Source of the DNA: the human T2T-CHM13v2.0 reference genome, Homo sapiens
DNA length: 64,000 nucleotides
Assembly (NCBI RefSeq): GCF_009914755.1
Contig: NC_060928.1
Direction: 5' to 3' (one strand)
The position numbers and the translations under genes are program-made. The notes beneath the pieces are model-generated. The model worked only from the letters and a program-made list of their open reading frames with translations, had not been told where the DNA came from and did not search any database. Below are positions 51,805-64,000 of this stretch, piece after piece (position 1 is the first letter of the stretch; each line of letters starts with the position of its first letter).

Positions 51805-53513
51805 TGAGAGGTGACAGTATGCTGGCAGTCCTCACAGCCCTCGCTCATTCTCCGCGCCTCCTCTGCCTGGGCTCCCACTTTGGGGGCACTTGAGGAGCCC
51901 TTCTGCCCACTGCTGCACTGTGGGAGCCCCTTTCTGGGCTGGCCAAGGCCGGAGCCGGCTCCCTCAGCTTGCAGGGAGGTGTGGAGGGAGAGGCGCGAGC
52001 GGGAACCGGGGCTGCGCGGGCGCTTGCGGGCCAGCTGGAGTTCCGGGTGGGCGTGGGCTCGGCGGGCCCCGCACTCGGAGCAGCCAGCCGGCCCTGCCGG
52101 CCCCGGGCAATGAGGGGCTTAGCACCCGGGCCAGCGGCTGCGGAGGGTGTACTGGTTCCCCCAGCAGTGCCAGCCCACCGGCGCTGCGCTCGATTTCTCA
52201 CCGGGCCTTAGCTGCCTTCCCCCGGGGCAGGGCTCCAGACCTGCAGCCCGCCATGCCTGAGCCTCCCACCTCCTCCGTGGGCTCCTGTGCGGCCCCAGCC
52301 TCCTCTATGAGTGCCACCCCCTGCTCCACGGTGCCCAGTCCCATCGACCACCCAAGGGCTGAGGAGTGCGGGCGCACGGCACGGGACTGGCAGGCAGCTC
52401 CACCTGCAGCCCAGGTGCGGGATCCACTGGGTGAAGCCAGCTGGGCTCCTGAGTCGGGTGGAGACGTGGAGAACCTTTACATCTAGCTCAGGGATTGTAA
52501 ATACACCAATCAGCACCCTGTGTCTAGCTCAGGGTCTGTGAATGCACCAATCAACACTCTGTATCTAGCTACTCTGGTGGGGCCTTGGAGAACGTTTATG
52601 TCTAGCTCAGGGATTGTAAATACACCAATCGGCACTCTGTATCTAGCTCAAGGTTTTTAAACACACCAGTCAGCACCCTGTGTCTAGCTCGGGGTTTGTG
52701 AGTGCACCAATCAACACTCTGTATCTAGCTACTCTGGTGGGACCTTGGAGAACCTTTATGTCTAGCTCAGGGATTGTAAATACACCAATTGGCACTCTGT
52801 ATCTAGCTCAAGGTTTGTAAACACACCAATCAGCACCCTGTGTCTAGCTCAGGGTTTGTGAGTGCACCAATCGACACTCTGTATCTAGCTGCTCTGGTGG
52901 GCCCTTCGAGAACCTTTGTGCCCATACTCTGTATCTAACTAATCTGATGGGGACATGGAGAACCTTTGTATCTAGCTCAGGGATTGTAAACTCACCAATC
53001 AGCGCCCTGTCAAAACAGGCCACTGGGCCCTACCAATCAGCAGGATGTGGGTGGGGCCAGATAAGAGAATAAAAGCAGGCTGCCCTATTCGGCAGGGGCA
53101 ACCTGCTCAGGTCCCCTTCCACACTGTGGAGGCTTTGTTCTTTCGCTCTTTGCAATAAATTTTGCTACTGCTCACTCTTTGGGTTCACGCTGCTTGTATG
53201 AGCTGTAACACTCACCGCGAAGATCTGCAGTTTCACTCCTGAAGCCAGCAAGATCTGCGAGCCCACCGGGAGGAATGAACAACTCCAGACGCGCTGCCTG
53301 AAGAGCTGTAACACTCACAGCAAAGGTCTGCAGCTTCACTCCTGAGCCAGTGAGACCACTAACCCACCAGAAAGAAGAAACTCCGAACACATCCGGACAT
53401 CAGAAGGAACAAACTCCAGACCCGCCACCTTAAGAGCTGTAACACTCACCGCGAGGGTTCGCGGCTTCAGTCTTGAAGTCAGTGAGACCAAGAACCCACC
53501 AATTCCGGACACA
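51805..53513 (+). mobile_element. LTR12C (ERV9) solo LTR, 1709 bp
   Basis: TGAGAGGTGACAG...AATTCCGGACACA termini; 4-bp TSD GTAA; GC-rich U3, tandem CCAAT repeats, U5 repeats. Confidence 0.96.
52480..53080 (+). promoter_or_regulatory. ERV9 LTR enhancer repeats and promoter (NF-Y/GATA array)
   Basis: Nine CCAAT boxes plus one CCAGT variant in ~40-bp units with TATCTAG/TGTCTAG; AATAAAA box at ~53068. Confidence 0.8.
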
Positions 53514-53788
53514 GTAAGAGAACTATTAGTCCCTGAGAAGTCAATTTGAAGGTGAACCAGAAATAGGCATTGGACAGATCATTAACATTCTGACCGGTGT
53601 TCATCAAGTCAAACTCAAAAATCCCAGGCACCTGGAGATACCCAATTTGTATCCTTTGATATCACCAGTGTTGAGAATTTACTCTGAGCAGAAACCACAT
53701 ATGCTACGTTTTAGAGGACATAAGACAGGGGTAAGTACCCTACAGGAATAAAAATGTTTAAGGAACATGGGTTTAAAAGAGAAACCTC

Positions 53789-54096
<308 letters not shown>

Positions 54097-54344
54097 TCAA
54101 TTCTCCAATGGTAATGGCATAAAGTTACCTAAAAGTGGACATTCAGATCAGGGCTTCTTCCTCAAAGAGGCTTCAAGGACTACACATACTATGGGTTTTG
54201 TTGTTCAGATAAACAGACTGTCAATTCTAGGGGTAAAGGCTAAATTTACCTTGTTGAACGAGGCAGATCGAATATTGGAACAGTCTCTTAAGATTACTTG
54301 AACAGGACTTATGGACACTTCTGAGTGAGTGCAGAGGGTTTTGA

Positions 54345-54679
<335 letters not shown>

Positions 54680-54912
54680 TTTATTATCTCTTAACAGAAG
54701 TAGGGAATAATGTTGATTGGCTCTTGGACCAAAGCTATGCTGCTTTAACCTACTCAGCTTAAAGCTATTTCATTTTGACTTGTAATCCCTGATGAGATTT
54801 AAAAAGGGCAGGTTTTTCAAGGTCCATGATTTTAAAGATTAAGGTTTCATAATACTATGTCCTTGATGCGCACCAGTAGAAGCAGTTCTACAGTTTTGAG
54901 CATACACATTTA

Positions 54913-55258
<346 letters not shown>

Positions 55259-55389
55259 TATGGAGTTTAACAATGTTTAGTGATCAAATTAACTGGAAAA
55301 CAATTTAATCTCTCATTCATTTTGTGTTATGGGGACTCAACTTCTAGCAAATCCTAATACTCTCTTGTGCACTAAGAATAAAGATTGTT

Positions 55390-55704
<315 letters not shown>

Positions 55705-56471
55705 CTAAAGTAGGCTGTGTATCCTAGGAGGAAAAACCATGGGCTATGCTGTCTTAGTACATTCCATTCCATTCCGTTTTATTTCATTAACATTTATTAA
55801 GCACATGATAAAAGCATCAAACCTACTGTTGTTATATGCCAGTGGCCAGTTGTTTTATTGCTGATCCAAAACAATCCTGTGAGAAAGTAGGGGTGTTACT
55901 ATTACTATTTTACATATGAGAAATCTGATGGTTAGGTTACCAGCTCAAGGAAATGCAGGTTGTAAAATGACTGAACCAGAAATTTAACAAAGGTCTCTCT
56001 GACTCCAGATTCCATGATTAAACCTCCAGACCTTCTTCATACCTATCTTACATTCCTTGCTGATCTATTATAGGTTAGTGTCAGAATTGCCATAAGTTTA
56101 TTTTGAGTAGTGCATTTTTGTACCAGGTAAGTAATTTACCAAGAAATTATCACTATCCATTTTAGGCCTCAAGTAGGGTACATATTTTGTCTTCAGTATC
56201 CTAGTGGTGGGTTATGGGACAAACCCATATCAAGCAAATCACCAAGCATTATACAGCCGCCTGTCCCCTGGGGTGGGAAAAATGAATTGTTTGGGATCAA
56301 CCTGTGGACAGGGTGAAATATTGGCAAAAAGGTCTCTTCCCATTATTATTTACTCTGACTTTTGTGTGCCTTTCTGACTATATTCTCAAGTCCACCAGAG
56401 TTTCTGATCTGCAAAAGAATCACCAGCTGTAACAATTCTTATTAATGTATCAGTGACTAAGTGCATCACTA

Positions 56472-56785
<314 letters not shown>

Positions 56786-56837
56786 ATGAGAAGATAATGG
56801 TTAACACAGAGAAAGCAATCCTTAGCAGCATAGATCT

Positions 56838-57594
<757 letters not shown>

Positions 57595-58332
57595 ATCTTT
57601 ATGCATTTATTAGTCATCAGTATCTAACCCTTTAATATACTTGGTATTGAGCTCAACCCTGGAAAGTAATTGAGTAAAATCCACTTTCTGCCCTCAGAGA
57701 GTTTATATTCCAATGTAGGAGACAGATAAGTCAACACTATCACAATGCCTCATGAAAGGTGTCACTGGGATTACCCGCAAAAGTCCTGTGAGAGCAAAGG
57801 GAGGTTGTTGGGAGTGGCCAGGAGTGTTCAGGGAAGAGTAGCTTTTCTCTGCCTGGCCAATCACATTCCGTAAGGCTCACATTCGAACTGCAAGATGTGA
57901 GGGTAAACAGCTCTCCCAGCTTTCAACAATGTTGGGCAGCCTCAGTTCAAGCAGGTTGGTGAATCAGAATTTCTAAGTAATCTTTAAGGTGTTGTATGTC
58001 TTTTGGGGCAGGACTGGGGATGAAGAGAGTTGTTCTAAATGTCCAGAGAATTATCAGTACCATAGTGGAGGTACTCAGAAGTTCCTGCTAGTCCCAGAGT
58101 TTGGCGGTAAGGGTAGAGACTTTATCTCTTTTAAAGAACTTTCTCATAAATTAGGATTTGGGGTTAAGGTGAACCTAATTCTGGCTTCTAAATGTCCATG
58201 TTAAGGACTTGTATGGGATTTGGGGAAAATGGGAATAGCTTTTGTCATCAGTTCTACCCTTTGTGAGGCACCCATTTCTTGTGGCTCAGGCAATCTACAC
58301 ATTCTGGTAGTGTTTATTTTTAATTATTTTGA

Positions 58333-58629
<297 letters not shown>

Positions 58630-59427
58630 GATGGCTTTTAATTTCTTTGAATATAGTTAGAAAGCCTTATTAATATGTAATTCCCTACATTGTGCATAGT
58701 GATCCTAAAGATCTTTAGAATGCAGAGACCCTAAAGATTCAGAATGCCATTTGTGTATAAGATATTATCATTTTCAGGACCAGAATTTTAATCTGTCCCA
58801 AACATCTTGCTATTCAAGAGTCATTCCTTTGAATCAAGTTGCCCACCCACCTAGTTATTTGTCTATTACTTGTGTTATTTGGCCAAAATAATACTAGTCC
58901 ATTAAGACCCACAGCTAAATAATAGCAGATTATTATTTTTAAAGAAATCAAAGAATTGGAGAGAGAACTCAGAGGTAGCATGTGGTGAAGCGAAAATTGG
59001 AAGAAAGAAGTCTACCAAGGGCTTCTAAAAGCATTGGCCAATGCTTCATAGGGAACACCATGAAAAAATAACCAAGATTAGGGGACAAACTTGGCCCATT
59101 TTGTGGGCAAAGGGTGAGCCTTTTAAGACTCCTATGGCAGATGATTTTATTTGGCTGCTTAGGAAGATGCTCAAGTTACAGAAAATAGCTTTTAATTAAA
59201 TGATGGTATAGTCAGAAAGTCAACTGTTTTTGGTATTATATTCAGTTTTAACACTTTTTTAATATTAAAAAATGAAAAAATAATGCACTTAGAATATTTA
59301 TCTTTAATTGTATAGATAAACTTCTCTTAGAGCAGAAATGAAAATATATTCAAGTGCAAAAGAGTATTCACTCTCACTTTCTATCTTTGGTCAAAGCAAA
59401 AAACTCTACTGCTAACATAATTTAGAG

Positions 59428-59605
59428 CAACAGTTTCCACACCTGGCTGATGATGAGAACACCATGGAGAATTTAAAGTACACATTCCCAGGCACCTATC
59501 CTGGATCTACTGTATCACTTTCCAAGAGTGGGGCCCCAGAATCTGCATTTTAAAAAGAGCTGTTGAGGTGATGTAGATATTCTGGCAGATTTGAAAACCA
59601 CTGCC
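59428..59605. mobile_element. MER5-like hAT MITE
   Basis: GGGGCCCCAGAATCTGCATTTTAAAAAG...TTTGAAAACCACTG. Confidence 0.7.
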
Positions 59606-61379
59606 ATAAAACAAACAGGGATTTAAAGCCCTCAATTTTATCTTAGCCTCTCACTGAATATGCTCTTGTAATGGTTTAAGGTAATAATGACCTTGTTGTA
59701 GGCTATTTCCTGTTGATTAATGACCAGCTGGAAGAAGTTGTCTCTAGGCTTTTTCAATTCAGCCTGCCAATAATTACTCAACTAAATCTGCGCCTGCAGT
59801 TCAAATGCGTAAAGTTTTCCTCTACAAGGAACACTGCACTGTTAGGTTGTCTTAATTGCATTCCTTTTCTAATTCATCTCTCAAATGCCACAGTTGCTCT
59901 AAAACAGAAAAAAGCAAACAGGAGGATCAAAGTGTCTGTCTCCATTGGAACAAACTGAAGCAGAGAGGCAGGGGAGAAGATTTAGCTCTTAGGTGGATTT
60001 TGCTGAAATGTTCTATTTGTTGAGCAGTGATTTGTACCAGGTAATGTGAACTAAGTTGCCCTCAGTCTCTTTACAGATTACACCCCATTTCCTTTACTGT
60101 GCTGCTAAGTAATTCTTAGGGAATTATTCCCCCTCCAACTTCTCTCTGCTAACAAAATGATCTGCCACATATGCTTCCACTTTATGTGCTGCAGGACAGC
60201 CATGAGCTTCATAAAGCTGCCTGCATTTCAAACTGTTCAGGCTGGAACTGTAATCTTTCCACCCACCCCTTTCCCGTCAGGTAAAGAAAATGTTCATACC
60301 TCAGGTTTTGTTACCAAGCAACAGAGTTCCATTTGCCAATTGCCACCATTTCCTTCTCATAGTATTACAGGCCTTATTAATTAACATTTAGTTCAGAGAA
60401 ATTGCTGTCATTATGTGAAGTAACTTCCTTTAGAGGTTATTCATTAACCTTAGGTATTTTACTGTGTAATTATAATTGCCAAGTGCCGCGGGCTTGGAAA
60501 ACGTTTGAACTCCTGAAGGTATCAGGGGACGGCAGAAAAGATATTATCTGATTTTTCTTCCATTTCCAGTTAAGGATTAATCTTGAAGATCCCCTATTTC
60601 CCCTGCAGAGTTATCTGCCTTCCCAAAAGGGTAAACTCTTCCCTTGCCTTAGTCCAGACTGTCCACGGTAAACTCAGAAGCAAACCATGGAGGAACTTCC
60701 CTGTTAGCGTGTGATTTTTCACAAATTCTGTAGGGCAGAGTGCAAATTGTTCCCCCTTTGTCTTAAGAAAAAATCGTGGGGATACTGAGATGACTTGGTG
60801 GTTGGTAAATGGTTGGCAGGCGCACTTGTGCATATGTGGGGCTCTGTGAAGAACTTGCACAATGCCTGGAATTGTATATTGTGCACAACCTTGTTCTGAC
60901 ACAACGGAAGACCTTCATCCTATTGCTCACTCGATGGCTCTCTGAGAGTAGTTTTTCACTCCCCAGTGTTGCAGGAGCCAGGTGTGCATTTTATAATACG
61001 CCTATTATACAGCCATTCTCAGTAGCCACTGCTTATACAATGACCCTTCTGATTTGTCCCACTACGGTGTGGGTGCCAATGACTTAGGTCCTCACCCAGT
61101 ACAACTTCAGGTGTGCATTTCACATATATTTGCAGGCAAAAAATGCACCTCCCTCCTCTTCTTTCTTTGTTTCAAGACAAACAAAAGTAACTGGTATTTC
61201 ACCCCGCCCTCCCCCCTCCAGCCCCCAACTACATGTGCCTGCAGCACAGGCGCCCTAGAAAGGGAAACCTGTTTTCCTCCTCCCAGGTTTCTGGTTTCTT
61301 CACCCAGTCTCCCCACAGTCCTCCACTCCCCGCACCCAGTCCTTCTGGCCTCTACCCAGACTCTGAGAAGTGGCCCGAC

Positions 61380-61850
61380 ATTCTAGGTAACCTGATTCCC
61401 CAGACGGGATAGGCGGCGGCCTGCTGCTGCGAAGGCGCGACCACGTGACCTTTCCTGCCTGCACCGGGGAAATGCATACCTTGTTCAGAAAACTAGGGGA
61501 CAGGTGAGCCCAAGGTAGTGTTTTGAATCAGAATTAAAAACATGTATTTATTTAAAAGGTGCTTGCTTCTACATCAGACAGCTACCACTTTGATCATTCC
61601 AAATGAAAAGGCACGATTGGCCATGGGGTTTTATGGCGTGAACTGAGCTGCAAGACAAAGGAAGGACGATCTCCAGGAGGAAAAGGCGGAGCGGGTTTTA
61701 TGGGAGCTGCTGCACAAGTCTGAACGCGGAGGCTGCACACGGGGAGGGCAAAGCCGCCCTGGCAGGAGCCCGAGCTGCAGGCCTCGGCTGGGAAGCCTGT
61801 CCCTCCTGTCCATTTCCCTGGCTCTCGCGGTCCCTCGTTTGTTCCTGACA
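61380..61850. promoter_or_regulatory. CpG-enriched promoter/enhancer candidate
   Basis: Non-repeat CpG patch; E-box CACGTGAC 61442-61449, inverted CCAAT (ATTGG 61616-61620), GC-box-like AGGCGGAG ~61684. Confidence 0.5.
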
Positions 61851-62149
61851 GATTTCTTCTTTGATCTATGAAATGGGGAAAGTGGGGGACACTTTGATAT
61901 ACTTTAAGGGTGCAAGAATTTGCTGCTTTCTGCCCAAATAAAGGGCTTGTAGGGAGTTTCTTTGAGAACTGGAACATGCTGTCACATGTAATCTAAGGAG
62001 CTCAGTCTCCTCTTCCAGTGTCCATTAATCAACCAACACTTTTAAAGCATCTAGTATGGATTCTGTGAACTGTGGGGAAGTAAGGGCATGGTGTCTGCTC
62101 TTAAGGTATTTATGGGTTATCTGGGGAGATGGATATATGAGTGTAAATC

Positions 62150-62345
62150 ATGACAGTAGTTAGCATGTATTGGGGATGCATTGAGTACTTCCCGTGTGCC
62201 AGGCGCTATTCCTCCTAACAACCCAATCGGGTAGGTACTATATTATCATCTCCATTTCACAGACGTTTTAGAGAGGTCACTCTCCCCAGGTCACATAGTG
62301 TGCAGCAGTCAGGTTATGATGCAGATCTGTCAGACTCCAGAGGAA
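62150..62345 (-). mobile_element. MIR fragment
   Basis: GTAGGTACTATATTATCATCTCCATTTCACAGA...CCCCAGGTCACATAG. Confidence 0.7.
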
Positions 62346-64000
62346 CTAGCAGCCTGTGCATGCCCCAATCAGGTACTATTCAGTGAAGGTGAGCGGCCGG
62401 TTTCATTCTGCCTCAGTTCTCCTTGCCCTCTCTCTGAGAAGCAGGGATACTGTCGAGGGTCACATGTGAGAACTTTCATCAGCCACCGTTGCCCCCAGGT
62501 ACCCTACAGAAGTTCTGTTTCTTCCCCTTCCTCTGTTCTGTCCTCAACAACGCGTCCCATTTAATTTCTCCTTAGACAATGTTTATCTTGTGGCATACAC
62601 TTTGTCCTCTCCTTTGTGGTTTTATAATCCAAGTGGAGAGAAGAGACCTAATTTGAAACAGATAAATATCAAAGCAGAACTTCACCTTGTTGAAATGGGT
62701 CTTGATCTTCTCTGAAATCCTTTCTTGAATGATTCACTGAAGAAAGTGTCTTCAATGATACATTCATCCTCTGATTTACATAGAGTAGTGACTTTCCTTA
62801 CATGCACTCAGGTAGAATCAAGGTTTTCCCAGTACCCTTTGGCAGGTCTGACGGCACAGGCATCTTCAGCTCAACTTGCCACATATGGTTGTTGAACTCC
62901 CTCATGATGACTAAAGAACCAAACTTGCCTGGTTTTTCCAGGCAAGGCAACATTTTGATGTTTTTTAATAGTGTGAACACCTGCCAATAGGATTTTATGA
63001 GTATCATGGGGAGACGCATCCTCTGACCTGGCATATAATCTCACTTCTCTGGATGCTGGGCTAATTACATCAGCTCCGCTGGGCATGGGTCTAAATTGGA
63101 AATGTTCTAGTGTTTGAAAAATTCCAGATTGATAGGACTTAACCCCAGGATGCTTTATGATGTATCCCTAGTTACCCTGGTTGGCAGAAATTGAAAAGGC
63201 CTGGAAATCCCTATTTACTATAAGTCCCTCTTCTCTTAACTGGAAAGATGGGCATTGGAAGACTTGCTACTAAGTTTTACTTTGAGCACCTCTCTTGGCA
63301 TCATTTATTACTAAAAATAATGGAAAAGACAGAGTAGGTATTGGGAAGCCTGTTTTCTAGTTCTAGGCCTGCTACTAACCAGCCTTGGACCAATTATACC
63401 CACTTCCACCCATGTGAGCCTCAGTTTCCTCACCTATAAGGAAATAAAATAAGATTTGGACCAGACCTGTGGTTTTAAAATCAGAGTACCCTGCTGTTTA
63501 AAAATCTTTTACATCTGGAGTTTTGTGTAAGGTTTTAGTTTACAGTTCACTGATAAACACTGTCATAAAGTCCCTGCTCTAGAGGCTTGCTGAGGTCCTG
63601 TTCCTCTTCAGCTTGAAAGATCTGCAATTCTATTAACACAGTTGGTGATAGCCATGTGCCTTGGGAATCACAGTTGTTTCATTTGGCTAGATTATTAATT
63701 GCAAGAGGAAAAGGAGTGGAAGACAAGATTGGAAATGAAATTTAAGTCCAGATTTGGGATTGCTATGGTGCTGTGAGACCAGGAATCTGGGCATTGTTTC
63801 ATTGGAATTTGGGAGCCACCAATGATTTTTGAGAGCAAAATTTTGTCAGTTATGTTTTACATGCAGCTGTGAGTACAGGGACCTGAGAAATAGTGGCTGA
63901 AGTACAGATGAGTTATTCTCATGTACAAGACTCTGGAGTTGGGCAGTTCAGAGCAGGTGTGTCAGCTCCATGCAGTCATGCAGGGATCCAGGCTTCTCCT

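Noticed and set aside
51811-52541. Overlapping 76-198 aa ORFs
   Set aside because: GC-rich U3 of LTR12C, open by composition.

Overview
Primate, most likely human, gene-poor genomic DNA dominated by interspersed repeats: about 31 Alus, old L1M/L2/MIR fragments, ERVL/MaLR remnants, hAT MITEs, a 5'-inverted L1PA, an internally deleted L1MA and a solo LTR12C. The only intact gene I can support is a tRNA-Cys(GCA) at 22920-22991 (-). There is a CpG island at ~19.7-20.1 kb and a weaker promoter-like CpG patch at ~61.4-61.85 kb. No credible host protein-coding gene is visible; the long ORFs derive from L1 ORF2, Alu, LTR or simple repeats. From memory, and unverified, the tRNA sequence and gene-poor context fit the solitary tRNA-Cys-GCA-2 copy on human 4q28 near SPRY1. 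I see no convincing new biological system. The best leads are a rearranged AluY inserted directly behind the tRNA's T4 terminator (possible tRNA-Alu Pol III cassette), a fold-back VNTR seeded by an L1 motif, a tailless Alu with target-site duplications (TSDs), a 43-bp inverted templated insertion and a very young AluYa-lineage element. Repeat subfamily names come from recalled consensus features, not a RepeatMasker run, and boundaries of old repeats are approximate.
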